Source of the DNA: Octopus vulgaris
Lineage: Eukaryota
Direction of reading: 5' to 3'
Assembly: GCA_951406725.2 (NCBI GenBank)
Contig: OX597822.1
Location: 30,132,001-30,196,000, forward strand
Length of the DNA stretch: 64,000 nucleotides
Below, in pieces: positions 42,760 through 57,095 of the stretch. Below the pieces are notes generated by a model. That model was not told the origin of the DNA. It saw only the letters and a list, made by a program, of their open reading frames with translations, and made no database searches. The position numbers and the translations under genes were made by a program. Each line of letters begins with the position of its first letter. Positions within the stretch are counted from its first letter, which is position 1.

Positions 42760-43446
42760 ATCATGGCGATACCTGCTCAGAGGCCTACGCAAAGTCGCAG
42801 GAAAGTGTATGGAGAGGAGTGTATGAGTCGCACACAAGTTTACGAGTGCTTAAGATCTTTCCAGAATGGCCGAAAAAAATGTTGATATTCACAAACGTTT
42901 TAGGAGACCCGCAACCAGCAGAACTGAGAAAAACATCGCAGATGTGCGTGCAGCTGAGAGAAGAAATCGTTGAATCACCATCCATGAGTTATCAGAGGAT
43001 GTGCAGATTAGTTACGGTTCAGTTCAGTCTATTATCACTGAAGTATTGGGTATGAGACGCGTGTTTGTCAAGTTTGTGCCAAAAATGCTTTCAGCTGACC
43101 AAAACGATACTCGGGTTTCAGTTACACATCATCTACTTGTTTGTCTCGAGAATGATGAAAACATTGTGAAAACTTTGCATAGGCCTCTGAACACGTATTG
43201 CCAAGGTTTTGGCAAAATTTGATGCAGATTCTCCGCTCAAGTTTCTCTGTCATAGTCAATGCGACGATCACACGCTACACACCTTTCTTCGAAGCACTGC
43301 TGTAAACAGCGGAAGCGAGACAGAATGTTAAAACGTAGTGCACAAGCACAGCCGTGGTCAAGGTCAGTCTGTGCCAAGCGGCCTTACTCTTCATGCTTTA
43401 GCATCGTTACTATGGCAACAGTCCTGGTAATTATTGATCAAACCAC

Positions 43447-43447
<1 letters not shown>
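42760..43447 (+). mobile_element. Internally deleted mariner element (N-terminal HTH region)
   Basis: KVYGEECMSRTQVYE...QISYGSVQSIITEVLGMRRVFVKFVPKMLSADQ (cf. WVPHEL motif region). Confidence 0.8.
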
Positions 43448-43479
<32 letters not shown>

Positions 43480-44658
43480 ACACATGAATACGCAAGCATA
43501 TTTTTCTAACCGAATTTAAATTTTATGTATTTATATGTGTGTGTGTTTGTGTGTGCATGTGCATATATGTATGTGCATACATGCGTATGTATATATATGT
43601 ATATGTATTTTAGAATCGTCTTTTCTCTGTTTCTTGTACAGTTATGGCAATGGCCTCTTTTCTTGTGAACGAGCAAACTTCATATTATTCCACACAGAAT
43701 TTGTTTACTTCCTTCGTTACAGCTACTAAACATCAATAGTTTACGTTGACCTCCTCTTCTCTTGGCTTGCAAAGCAACAGGATACCTCGCAGAGTCAACT
43801 CAAATAATTCCAACCTCGACGCTAAAATTTTAGTTCATCGCCACAAAGCTTACAAAACCATGGGCGCTCCTCGCCTTATCTGCTCAATCAGAAAAGTAAA
43901 TTCATCGAATGTTTTAGTCTTTTATTAATTCGAAAGATATAATTTTTCATTTACATTGAATGCTCTGGCTTCTTAAACAAATTGCTATAAATCAACGCTC
44001 AATTGTTGTTAGTAAAATTGGTGGTTGTGGTGGCGATGATGATGATGACGACGACGATGATGACGATGATGCAACGATGACGGGCTGAGTACTGAATGAG
44101 CTGACCTGTGATCAGAAGTACTCAAACCGTGATAGTTCCTCGTTATTTCAGACGGCGTGTCAAGGACTATGCTTTTCATACGCCTTTCCGTCTATCATTT
44201 AGTGGTAATTTCAGTAGCTATTTTCAGAAGGTCGACTCACAGTGTACAGGCGCTCCGCTTTTATCTTTCTTTTCCGACCATGCTTCACTCTCGTTTGCAT
44301 CAGCATCAAAATAATTGCTGACTGTTTCGATCGTTTGCCTGTCTGCTTCCGATTCCTTTCATAATAAGTTGATGTCATCTTCACTATGAGAAGAAATTAA
44401 TTGCTCATCAGCTTAACACTCTATGACCCGGAATTAAATGCCAGTCCGTAAAATTTAACAACTCAGTCAATATACTTGATATATATGTCGAAAAATTTTT
44501 TTATAGTAGCTATCAGTCTTTAAACTCTGAAAAACTATGAATGTTACATCACACTTGACTTCCTTATGTATTTCATGCCTTGTTCTTGAGACATGTTAGT
44601 CTTCGCTTTGTAGACATTTCTCAAATGCATATAATTTGATGTACGTCAGCCAATCAGT

Positions 44659-44975
44659 TATTTATTTATTTATGCGCCCTTTTCAAGCTTAGCCAGGCTC
44701 ATGGGCCCGGTTTCCCGGTTTCTATGGCGTATGTGTTCCCCCCAGCTGGACGAGACGCCAGTCCATCGCAACGCTACTCAAGAAACAGGAAGAAAGAGTG
44801 AGAGAAAGTCGGGGCGAAAGAGTACAACAGAGGTCGCTACCACCCCCTGCCGGAGCTTCGTGGAGCTTTAGGTGTTTTCGCTCAATAAACAAACACAACG
44901 CCCGGTCTGGGAATCGAAACTGCGATCCTCCGACCGCGAGTCCGCTGCCCTAACCCCTGGGCCATTTGCGCCTCC
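44659..44975 (-). mobile_element. SINE with head C and V-domain-like tail, with TSD
   Basis: 12-bp TSD cagccaatcagt at 44647-44658 and 44976-44987. Tail tgcgatggactggcgtctcgtccagctgggg, (TAAA)n end. Confidence 0.9.
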
Positions 44976-45029
44976 CAGCCAATCAGTGCTGTCATCAATG
45001 TCATTCATAGCATATTAAGAATTTATTTT

Positions 45030-45490
45030 GTTGCGAAGTGGTTAGAATGTTGCACTAACGATCGCGAGACCGTGGTTTCAATTCTTGGACTGAGTGCTTC
45101 GTTGTGTTCTTGAGCAAAACACTTCATCTCACGTTGCTCTGCCATGACTTCGATTCCTGACAATGGCACAACATCGATTTGATGGAGGGGAGTCAGCTAA
45201 TGTACAACACAAACATTTGATCACTATAAAGAAATCATTTGTGCAGGTTGTTTAGCAAGAAATCGCAGAACCGTCTGAAGGCAGCGAGCTGGCAGAAACG
45301 TTAGCACGCCGGGCGAAATGCATAGCAGTATTTCGTCTGTCTTTACGTTCTGAGTTCAAATTCCGCCGAGGTCGACTTTGCCTTTCATCCTTTCAGGGTC
45401 GATAAATTAAGTACCAGTTGTGTACTGAGGTCGATCTAATCGATTGGTCCCCCACCCCCCAAATTTCGGGCCTTTTGCCAAGAGTAGAAA
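45030..45490 (+). mobile_element. Head D SINE (45030-45276) with SINE B (45278-45490) inserted at its end
   Basis: 20-bp TSD aagaaatcgcagaaccgtct at 45257-45276 and 45490-45509. Confidence 0.85.
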
Positions 45491-46297
45491 AGAAATCGCA
45501 GAACCGTCTTTTTCGGACTACGAGAGACCACCTTCATCACCATGATTTTCTTCTGTAGCTTAACATAGCTACAGAATATTGCAAATTTTATGTTGATATC
45601 ATCTGTGAACTTCAGATACAAGAATAGGTCATTCGATAATTTCAGGCAGCTATTTACAATGACAAGCGCTTTACCATGAACTTGGTATAATGCTCTGTTA
45701 GCCTGCTCATTCACCAGTAACAGTCTAGAATATTTCTTTCTGCTCTATTTATTAACGATATCATTCAAATGTTTGTTCAAGACATCGAAGCATTCTTTCA
45801 GTCGAGCTTTCAGTTTGTCTATGTGTACGTGTATGTGTATGTGTATGAGTGTGTGGGAGGAGACGTGTGTGAGTGCGGGAGTGTGTGAGTGTGAGAGTGG
45901 GGAGTGTTTGTGTGCATGTATATGGGAGACTTTTTCTCCTTTTATAGGCGTTGTTCTAAATTGTCTTTACCGCGCTGCGACGCAACTTTGCCGAACAGCG
46001 GTAACGCAAAACTTGAAGTGACGTCGGTGATGTACGCCGGCTATAAAATCTCTTATACATAGGTAAAATGTACACATACACACACTCATGCACACAAACA
46101 CACACACACGCACACACACACATATACACATATGAACACACACACATGAAAATGTAAAGCATACATACATGTAGAGCATACATATGGCAGTAAACTGGGA
46201 CAAAAATTCATCAAGGCGGTGTCCCGGCATGACCGCAGGCTATTGACCGAAACAAGTCAAAAGTAAAAGATAAAAGCTGTGTGTATATATATACACA

Positions 46298-46380
<83 letters not shown>

Positions 46381-46530
46381 ATATATATATATATACATGA
46401 TGATTATACAGGAGAGGGTGAACGAGAAAATGATAACTATATCGTACGTGCCAATATAGATATGCACTCACTTAGTCAAAGTGGGTCATCTTACTTCGTA
46501 ACCCTCCTTCACACTAACACTTACACACAC

Positions 46531-46572
<42 letters not shown>

Positions 46573-46944
46573 ACACACACACACACACAAGCACTATTAC
46601 GCGTGTGTTCAAACAAGAGGGAACGGTTCAAATAAAGAAAGAATACGTGGTCATTTCATCTCAGATAACATAACGCCACTACCTCATGAAACAGAGTGAC
46701 ACGAGAAGATAATGTAATCCTCGCTATACTACGACTGCAACAATAAATAAATAAATAAATAAAATAAAATAAATAAATAAATGAATAAATAAACAAAAAG
46801 AAAAGATAGAAAGAAGGAAAGATCGGTTGCCACAGCTTGGCTGCATTGAACATATGTCATTTCACAGGTGAGCTGCTATACAGAATATAAAACAACAGAC
46901 ATTTAAATTAAGCCATACGTCATACGTATATACATACATACATA

Positions 46945-47001
<57 letters not shown>

Positions 47002-47019
47002 TATGTGTGCGTGTGTATT

Positions 47020-47068
<49 letters not shown>

Positions 47069-47329
47069 ATGTATGTATATATGTAAACACATATTGTATG
47101 TATGTACATTAGAGTAGTCCTGGTAGGGTGACCTAATTTTTATATATAAATATGAGGCAGCGTTCCAACATTACGTAGACGTGATGAGTAAAGCGAACTG
47201 AAGAAACATATGTGCGGCGTAAATATATGTTGGGTATTTATTTGTGTGTGTATGTGTATGTGTGTGTGCGTGCGTGCTTGTGTCTGTATTTGTGTGTGTG
47301 TGTTTGGTTTTATGTGAATTATAATAAAC

Positions 47330-47900
47330 AGGAGTGGCTGTGTGGTAAGTAGCTTGCTTGCCAACCACATGGTTCCGAGTTCAGTCCCGATGTTTGGTAC
47401 TTCGGGCCGACCAAAGCCTTGTTAGCGGATTTGGTAGACGGAAACTGGAAGAAACCCGTCGTATATATATATATATATATATATATATACTCTTTTACAC
47501 TTTTACTCGTTTCAGTCATTTGAGTGCGGCCATGCTGGAGCACCGCCTTTAATCGAGCAACTCGACCCCAGGACTTATGTAAGCCCAGTACTTATTTTAT
47601 CGGTCTCTTTTTGCCGAACCGCTAAGTAACGGGGACATAAACACACCAGCATCGGTTGTCAAGCAATGCTAGGGGGACAAACACAGACACACAAACACAC
47701 ACACATACACACACATATATATATATATACATATATACGACAGGCTTCTTTCAGTTTCCGTCTACCAAATCCACTCACAAGGCATTGGTCGGCCCGGGGC
47801 TATAGCAGAAGACACTTGCCCAAGATGCCACGCAGTGGGACTGAACCCGGAACCATGTGGTTGGTAAGCAAGTTACTTACCACACAGCCACTCCTGCGCC
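47330..47900. mobile_element. SINE A 5' half (+) followed by full SINE A (-)
   Basis: 47330-47460 on plus and 47490-47900 on minus, meeting at a TA tract. A plus-strand SINE A 3' half at 48320-48530 may complete the first copy. Confidence 0.85.
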
Positions 47901-47910
47901 TATATATATG

Positions 47911-47970
<60 letters not shown>

Positions 47971-48626
47971 CTTGTGTGTGTGTGTTTGTGTTTGTGTGTG
48001 TATATGTAAATAACAGTAAAGATAAGATAGAGACTATGATGGAGTATATGAGAAACTTTATTGCTTATAACGATCGTTTCGACTCATCCTTCATCGATCC
48101 CTCGCAGGTCGGATACTGTACAGCTGGTTGTGGTGCATCCCTCGGTGCAGACGTGTCCCGTCAGGCGATTTTGCAAGCTGTGTCTCGTTAAATAAATCTT
48201 CTTTTATTCGGTTTTAATACAGCATGTTAGTGACCGTAGGCCTAAACCGTCGAGCATATATATATGTGCGTGTGTATTTCTGCATGTGTGTGAGTGTGTA
48301 TATGTGTGTACTTATCTATGTGTGTTTGTGTTTGTCACCCACCACCGCTTGAAAAAAGGTGTTGTTTGGCTTCTCTCCCCGTACCATAGTGGTCCGACAA
48401 AGGAGAACGATAGAATAAATACCAGACTTAAGCAAGCGTAAGTAGTTGGGGTTGGTTTATTCCATTAAACACATATTTAAGGCTATGCTCCAACATGGTC
48501 GCAGTACAATGACTGAAAAAAGTAAAAGAAAAAAGCTAGAATTAGTTATACTTCTGTAATTTTTCAGATTAATTAGAATTTTTAAAAGTTCGGGTAGTAA
48601 TAATGCTTTCTCTCTACGACGGCGTG

Positions 48627-49024
48627 CTGGCAGAAACGTTAGCACGCCGGACAGTATTTATTCTGTCTTTACGTATTCAGTTCAAATTCCGCCAAGGTCG
48701 ACTATGCCTTCCATCCTTTTGAAGTCGATAACTTAAATACCAATTGCGTACTAAGCTCGATCTAATTGACTTGCCCCCTCCCTCAAAATTTCGGGCCATG
48801 TGCTTAGAGTAGAAAAGAAAGGAATAATCATTTCTATTAATGGCATAAGACCTGGATTTCCTGGGGAGCGGGACAGTCGCCCAAATCGACGCCAGGACTT
48901 ATTCTTTGTAAACCTAGTACTTATTCTATCAGCATCGGTTTTGCCTAACTGGTAGGTTAGGGCGACGTAAGCACACCAGCTTCGGTTTTCATGCAATGGT
49001 GGGGAAACAAACACAAATACACAA

Positions 49025-49095
<71 letters not shown>

Positions 49096-49240
49096 ACGAG
49101 CCTCTTTTAGTTTCCGTCAACCAAATCCACTCACAGGGCTTTGGTTGACCCGAGGCTATAGTAGAAGACACCTGTCCAAGGTGCCGCGCAGTGGAACTGA
49201 ACCCGAAACCATGTGGTTAGGAAGCCACTCCTGTGCCTAT
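48627..49240. mobile_element. SINE B (+, 48627-48820) and SINE A (-, 48890-49240)
   Basis: Matches to family patterns. Confidence 0.8.
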
Positions 49241-49322
49241 GTGTTTCTGTATGTATATATGCATGTACGTATATATGTATGTATGGGTGTGTGTATGTAT
49301 GTGCTGTGTACGTGCGTGTGTT

Positions 49323-49363
<41 letters not shown>

Positions 49364-49834
49364 ACGGGTCTCAGAAATATTGACCAGGAGGGAAACAAAT
49401 TCTACAGTGGTTGAAACAGGTTATATGAGTTTCGATGTGTCAATAGTGGGGTAATTTAAACACCCAAATACTGGAGAATCAAGGCACACACAGACGCACA
49501 CACAAAAGACACGCACACACGCAACACACACTCACACGCACAAAAGACTCACACGCACAAAAGACACACACACACTCAGAGACATATGCACACACATATA
49601 CATATACATGAAGAGGCTCCACAGATAAGCCCACGTGCACACACATACATAGTGCATACAAACATATCGCGCACCTACACACACACACACACTCATACAT
49701 ACACACACGAAGCGCCCACGCAAACATTGCGCTCACAGAAACATCGCACACATACAGATCGCGCACACACATCGCGCACGTACACACATCACATACACAC
49801 GCATGCACATAAACACAGAAACAATCACACACAT

Positions 49835-49893
<59 letters not shown>

Positions 49894-50367
49894 TGCTTGC
49901 GCGAGCGTACGCGCGACCGACCAGAGCACGATTTCCTTGTACACACACGCACCCGCACCACGAAACACCCAGTACGTAAAGTTATATCTAATGCGCAATG
50001 TTTTATGCAAACACACATATTCTCACACGCATAGTAAGAAATATATTTGATGTGAAATGTAGATTGCAAACACAGCATAAATTTCAACGTGACGAGTATG
50101 TTTACCAACATCACACAATCATTGAATCTTATTATGTTGCTGACCTCGGCTGGATTCGATTTCTTTTTCTTTTCTATCTATTGCATTTTATTTTTCCGTT
50201 TGCCTATTTTAAAATTAGTTCACTGACATTCTTACGTACATGTACGCGCACACATCAACAAACGCGTATATACAGACGCAATCGCGTGCGCACGCAGACA
50301 CACACACACAATATCATACACAACAGTCTTGTAAACACACGTATCTGTGCATACATATGTGTGTGTG

Positions 50368-50418
<51 letters not shown>

Positions 50419-50419
50419 G

Positions 50420-50458
<39 letters not shown>

Positions 50459-50619
50459 ATACATATATATATATATATATGTATTGTATACATATATACA
50501 TGTGTGTATGTATGTATGCATATCAACCACAATACAGAAATGGTACCCAATTCATCGACCCCGAAAGGATGAAAGGCAAAGTCGACCTCGGTAGAATTTG
50601 AACTCAGAACATAAAAACA

Positions 50620-50851
50620 GGTGGTGCATAATTATTGCGGTTTTTTTTTCCAACAAATTTTATTCAACAAAAACGATAACAATATTTAACAAAAACATCT
50701 TTAAATGACGGTCTGACCGTCTGCCAAGCAAATGGGAAGCAGTAATTGAAGTAGATGGTGAATATGCTCCGGAACTTTTTTGTTACATTTTGTTTTTGTT
50801 GAATATTAATTTGTTGAAAAAAAGCCGCAATAATTATGCACCAACCCAATA
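50620..50851. mobile_element. Mariner-derived MITE
   Basis: TIRs tggtgcataattattgcgg / ccgcaataattatgcacca. Internal DRLPSKWEAVIEVDGEY. Confidence 0.8.
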
Positions 50852-51787
50852 TATACGTGTGTGTATGCATATATGTATATATATATTTATGCAAGCGCGC
50901 ACACATGTATGTATGTGTGTACATATACGTGTTTATACATGTGTATATATGGGTACATGTATATATGTATAGTTTTGTTTATATATATGTATACACATAC
51001 ACACACATATGTAAAATTATAAATACATTTACAATTATATATAAGTGTAGTTGTGTATGTATATTGATGTGGGCGTGTTTGTGTGTGTGAGTGAGTGAAA
51101 GAGAGAGATAAAGAGTGAGAGAGTGAGAAAAAGAAAGTGAGAGATATAGTGGGGGTATAAAGTGTATGCGTATATACACACGCACACACCTTGCAAATAC
51201 ATCCACAGCGTGCACCCACATATATAAATAGTGTTTTGATATTTTTTGAAAGGTGTACATGCTTAACATTCCTTTAGAGCCAAAAACTTTGGTGTCCGTG
51301 TCATTTTAACACCACCTGTGAATGCGTAATGAACCTCCTCGCCTGTTAGATCAGTTTTAATTTTTGCGATCTAATATTACTGCGGGTAAAAATAGCTAAT
51401 AGTTGAAAAAATCCAGGCCGCCTCCATGTATATGGCGATTATAAGAAGAAACAACTTAGGAACGTAAACAAGTTTATTAGAAAATCTAAAGGTTTATAAA
51501 GTGTTGGTTTATAAATTGATGAGGTGTAAGTTATGTCACGGGCAGAGCCTAGCATGCTTTGTGATACGTCTTAACTGCATCTGAACATGTGGAAAACTCA
51601 GATAGTCGTATAGAGAAACACACCTTGAGAGAATATGAACACGTAGTTCTTAGTGCTTTTTATTTCAAGGATCAGTGGATATCAAATTTTTGGTACATTT
51701 CAAACAGAAGTTTTAATAAAAATGATTTATCGTTAAAAAAGTTGAGAATAAAATATAGAAAGCTATATATATTTAGATAGATAGATT

Positions 51788-52085
51788 GTGGAGGCACAAC
51801 GCCTTGTGATTAGAGAAGCAGTCGAGAGATCGCGGATTCAAATCTCAAACGAGTCGTTTATGAGTGAAACACCTAGGCTCAACGCGGCTCCGGTAGGTAA
51901 TTGCAAGGTAATGGCAAACTTCTACTGACACTTTCTTCACAACTTTCTCTCACTCTTTCCTTCTGCATCTAGCAGCTAACCTGCGAAAGATCGGCGTCCT
52001 GTCCAGGTGGGTAAGCTATACACCAAAGCAACCGAGAGTCTGGCCCTTATCAGCCAGGAATGGCTCGAGAAGGAACAAGCAACAT
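51788..52085 (+). mobile_element. Diverged SINE, head C-like with V-domain-like tail
   Basis: ggaggcacaacgcc...aactttctctcactctttcc...ggcgtcctgtccagg. Confidence 0.7.
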
Positions 52086-52196
52086 AGGTGCTCGCCTGGC
52101 CGTGTTGCTAAGAAGCTGACTTTCTAACCACGTGGTTTCGCTTTGTGAATGAATTCAGTAGACGTAAGCAGTGTGGAAGTCATATATATATATATA

Positions 52197-52388
52197 GTCC
52201 AAATTTACAGAAAACGAAAGACGAAGATAGGTGTAAGAATAACAAGGAGGTGTATTAGTTTAACGCTTGGGAAAAATGGAAGTCTTTTACGTCTCGAGAC
52301 TACGCTCTTCAACAGAAATGATTAAGAGGAAAAAATGGAGAAATGACGTACAGAGTTCAACATATATGTGTGCGTGTATGTGTGTGTA

Positions 52389-52432
<44 letters not shown>

Positions 52433-52437
52433 GTGTG

Positions 52438-52468
<31 letters not shown>

Positions 52469-52498
52469 GCATATATATATACATATATATACATATAT

Positions 52499-52530
<32 letters not shown>

Positions 52531-52542
52531 TGCATGTATATA

Positions 52543-52598
<56 letters not shown>

Positions 52599-52827
52599 TA
52601 TATATATATATACAAATATATATACAATGTGTATGTATTCGCCATGCTGGACCGCTGAACTCTACACTTTCTTTTCATTCCTTCTCTGTTTATTTCCTCT
52701 TATTCCTTTCGGTTGATGAACGTAAGCTCGAAACGTAAAATACTTTTCATTTATCCCGATCGCCAAATTAATACGCTTACTTGTTGTTCATACACCTGTC
52801 TGTCATTTTTTTTCAATAAATTTCAAC

Positions 52828-52830
<3 letters not shown>
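52197..52830. mobile_element. Head-to-head inverted pair of PLE-like units around a TA/CA microsatellite
   Basis: 52197-52361 (-) and 52645-52830 (+) are diverged reverse complements carrying ctgttgaagagcgtag.ctcga.acgtaaaa. Confidence 0.6.
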
Positions 52831-52898
<68 letters not shown>

Positions 52899-52921
52899 AC
52901 AGATACACACACACACACACG

Positions 52922-52953
<32 letters not shown>

Positions 52954-55644
52954 CACACGTGTGTGTGTGATTTTATGCTTTTCTAATCTACTGCTCGACA
53001 AATATTACTGATTTGTTTAGGTCCCGAACTTAACGGTTCGACAAAAGAGATAAATAGAAAATAAGTGCTTGGCTGAAAAATAAATACTGGGGTCGATTTG
53101 TTCAACGAAAATCCATTCAAAGTGGTGCCCCAGCATGGCCAAAGTGCAATGACTGCAACAACTAAAAGGTAAAAGACAAGGTATATATCTTGTTTTAGTA
53201 ATCATTGTGCATTCCGACCAAACACACTTACGAATAACGCGATTTTCAAGACGCCCGTTCATTAGTATGTATTATCTAAATCCCTAAAATTATATTTTTA
53301 AAAGTCTGCAGTGTATCGACGTTGACCCTTGACCTGCTAAATATAACAGCCATATTTTCTTCGGATTACGTCCCGTCGTCTAAAAATCTGTTGGATTCAT
53401 TGCATAGTGTTGTTGTAGAAAGAAAAAAAAGTCATGGTCGCACCTGACACCGAACTGTAAGCACAAATCTCCCCAACCAGGCTGACCTGGGGTGAAAAAC
53501 AACATCTTTTAGAATTACTCTACTTTCACAATGTTAAGCTGACTCTTTCAGCTGTAAAAGCTTGACCCAATGGGCTGCAGGTCATCCTTATTACTTCTCT
53601 TTTACTCGCACAAACAGATCAGGAGCTGACACGTGTTACAGAGCTGTCTCTCATAAGCAGATTGTTGGTTTAGTTATTTAAAAAGAAGAAGAAAAAAATC
53701 AAAGAGCAAAACGATAGATTCTTTTGATGGCGATCGTGATTTGTTATTTAAGAGTATGGCATCAGAAGTTAAATGGACAAGTGAAAAGAGACGCTGAGTT
53801 TGAAGGGTTCTGGGACGGGTGTCTCAGCTGTCGATAAATCTCTTATGGATTTTATTATCCATCTAAGCCATGTGGCTCTTCATCTCAAACAGCATATTAC
53901 CGAATTTGTATTAGATCTACGGCTGACAGGATTTGTGTTAGATCTACGGCTCCAAGTTTTCTGTTCTTGCAATCGCGAATTTCTGTCACTTTATGCGTGT
54001 AGCCACCTTTTCTTGCATTTTATTTGCCTTCGATGCAATCTGGTCTCATTTCTTTCTGTCTATTTTTTGTGCTTTTTCTTTTTCTTTCGTTCTCTCTAAT
54101 ATTTTGTTTCTCCTCTACTGTTTCCACGTCTTCCTCATTATTGCAAGATGATGTTGCAGCGCTACTGAACATGGCTTCTGATTGACTCAGTGCTGGGAGA
54201 AGACTTCTTTGCGCGTCACTTCGTTGTCGGTCTCTGATGCAGGTGGCTCTGTAGTCAAGATCATTTTTTTTTTTTTTTGGTTTTTGCTACTAATCAGGGT
54301 ATGCCAACAGTGGCAATCTTGATTCTCTTCCCTAGGGAGTCTACTGCTTTTGTTACTATCTCCTCTACTCTCCTTCCTCTCCTCTGCTTGTGCTACTGGG
54401 TGGAAGACCCACAAATTCACTTTACATCTATTTGAATATTAACTGGTATTTCTTCTCTGCACCATCAACCTGATTGCCTTCCCATCTGCTCCCACAATAC
54501 AGTACAACTTGGGGGTAGCTGCCAAATATTAGAGCTTCAGTGCTTACACATCAATGTGGACGTCATCCAATGACACGTTGTTACGTATCATCTCAGCGCT
54601 CACTATATTCCCGTACTGCATCGCGAATGTGCCAACATGCCTGCAGTGATCGTTTATACCAATGCCATTGGTTGTCATCCTCGTATTTTGTTTCCATATT
54701 TACTTCTGCACCAGCTTGTAGTCTTAAAGACTAGCAATTCACTTCCATAGCTTTATCTTAGTTGATAGAACACTAATTCTTCAACAAATCAGCCAAGGGC
54801 TAGATGGCCATGTAAACGAAAATCTCGTGCAGTAAACTCACCAATTCTCAGGTTGTTCTCTCTTAGCTGTTACATATTTAGCTATTTCTTCATTCAGGCA
54901 GGAGGCCTTCAGTCGTTTATCCAAAGCGAAATATATCAGTGACGGCTTTTGAAATAACGGTGACTTTTTTCAGTTAAGAGCACGTCTGATATTCCTTATA
55001 TTTATTGAGAGAACTCGTCTTACTACTAATACGAAAGGTAGGGAAAAAAAACGAAAATTGAATAAAATATAATACATATCAAAATTCATTTGAACAACGT
55101 TCTAAATTTTATGTTTAAGTGTTATTTCAAGCAAAATATTTGCATTCGTTGTTATCTTACTGCATTTCTGCATATATTTATTAACTAACCAAATTTGAAA
55201 TACCAACACGTGGAGATGGGATTGGTGTTAAAGAGTACATATCACCTACCCGTTTAACTGGTGTTCTTTTATGTTCATGAGAGAGACACAATTCATATCC
55301 CCAGTTTATTTCAGCCCACGTATAACTTTCAACTACAAGTTCAACAACTCTTAAATAGCTAGAAGCAACTAATAACAAACTTTATTATTAACTGCGTATG
55401 TGTATATTTTTTCTCTTTTCCGAGAATTTAAGAATCTGGTTCATGCGCCCACAAGCCTAAAAAAATCACCCAAAATAATCGTACTTACTAGTTTCTCATG
55501 TATTCTTAACTAATCTGGGAAGCTTTGCAATACTTTTATATCTAAATTGTTCAGATAAAGGGTATATTCTGTCCCCATTGTAGCACATCTGAACACGTTC
55601 AAACAGGTTGGGGACAAAATGGACACACACACACACACACATAT

Positions 55645-55805
55645 AGTGGCTGTGTGGTAAGTAGTTTGCTTAAAAACCATATGGTTCTGGGTTCAGTACC
55701 CCTGCGTGGCACCTTGGGCAAGTGTCTTCTATTATATCCTCGGGCCGACCCAAGCCTTGTGAGTGGAATTTGGTTGACGGAAACTGTAAGAAGTCTGTCG
55801 TATAA

Positions 55806-55887
<82 letters not shown>

Positions 55888-56583
55888 ATATGTATATGGT
55901 GAAGGCGCTTGGCTTAGTGGTTAGGGCATTCGGCTCACGATAGTAAGGTCGTGAGTTCAATTCCTGGCGATGTGTTGTGTCCTTGAGCAAGACACTTTCT
56001 TTCACGTTGCTTCAGTCCACTCAGCGAGCAAAAATGAGTAGGACCTGTATTTCAAAGGGCCAGCCTTGTCACACTGTCTCACGCTGATCCTCCATGAGAA
56101 CTACGATAAGGGTACACGTGTCTGAGGAGTGCTCAGCCACTTGCACGCTAATTTCACGAGCAAGCTGTTCCGTTGATCGTATCAGCTAGGTCCCTCGTCA
56201 TCGTAACTCAGTGCTTCTTTGTGGAGGCGCAATGGCCCAGTGGTTAGAGCAGAGGGCTCGCGGTTTTGATTTCCAGACCGGGCGTTGTGAGTGTTTATTG
56301 AGCGAAAACACCTAAAGCTCCACGAAGCACCGACAGGTGATGGTGATGGACCCTGCTATATTCTTTCACCATAACTTTCTCTCATTCTTTTTTCCAGTTT
56401 CTGTTGTACCTGTATTTCAAAGGTCCAACCTTGTCACACTCTATGTCACGCTGAATCTCCCCGAGAACTACTTTAAGGGTACACGTGTCTGTGGAGTGCT
56501 CAGTTACTTGAGCGTTAATTTCACGAGCAGTCTGTTCCGTTGATCGGATCAACTGGAACCCTTGCCGTCGTAACCGATGGAGT
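55645..56583 (+). mobile_element. SINE cluster: A 5' half, head D + tail c (55901-56215), head C + tail c (56223-56583)
   Basis: Both later SINEs share the tail cctgtatttcaaagg...gagaactac...gtaac. Confidence 0.85.
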
Positions 56584-56834
56584 ATCTAGGGATTGCTTTC
56601 TTTACTTGTTTTTGTCATTAAACTGCGGCAATGCTGGGGCACCGCTTTGATGAATTTTAGTCGAATGAGTATATGGATATATATATATATATATATATAT
56701 ATATCCATACACACACGTACATGCATGTACACACATATACATGCATGCACACAAGCACACGCACACACACAAACGCACGCACACACACACGCACACACAC
56801 AAACGCACGCACGCACACACTCACACTCAGAGAC

Positions 56835-57095
56835 ACACCGTCATCACCGCGATCACCGTGACCGACGAAGCTTTCAGATGTTGCTGCACATCGCTGGTCA
56901 CAATGCGCTTCGCATTGTTTTAGCCTAGAAATGACGCCACTCTGCTGGTTAAGCGAGCAGGCCAACAGAAGAAAGAGTGAGAAAAAGTTGTGGCGAAAGA
57001 GTACAGCAGGGATCGCCACCACCCCCTGCCGGAGCGTCGTGGAGCTTTTAGGTGTTTTCGCTCAATAAACACTCACAAAACCGGTGTGGGAATCT
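56835..57095 (-). mobile_element. SINE with head C body and a further distinct tail
   Basis: gtgtttattgagcgaaaacacc...actttttctcactcttt, then gttggcctgctcgcttaaccagc...gtcggtcacggtgatc. Confidence 0.75.

Noticed and set aside
44100-44640. Possible RT remnant on the minus strand (EDDINLL)
   Set aside because: A single weak motif amid many stops; it cannot be assigned by eye.
48040-48170. Minus-strand GAAACGATCGTTA with distant CTGACGG
   Set aside because: The 3' half fits a PLE hammerhead but the 5' core is mutated and stem II is uncertain, so it is not called as a feature.
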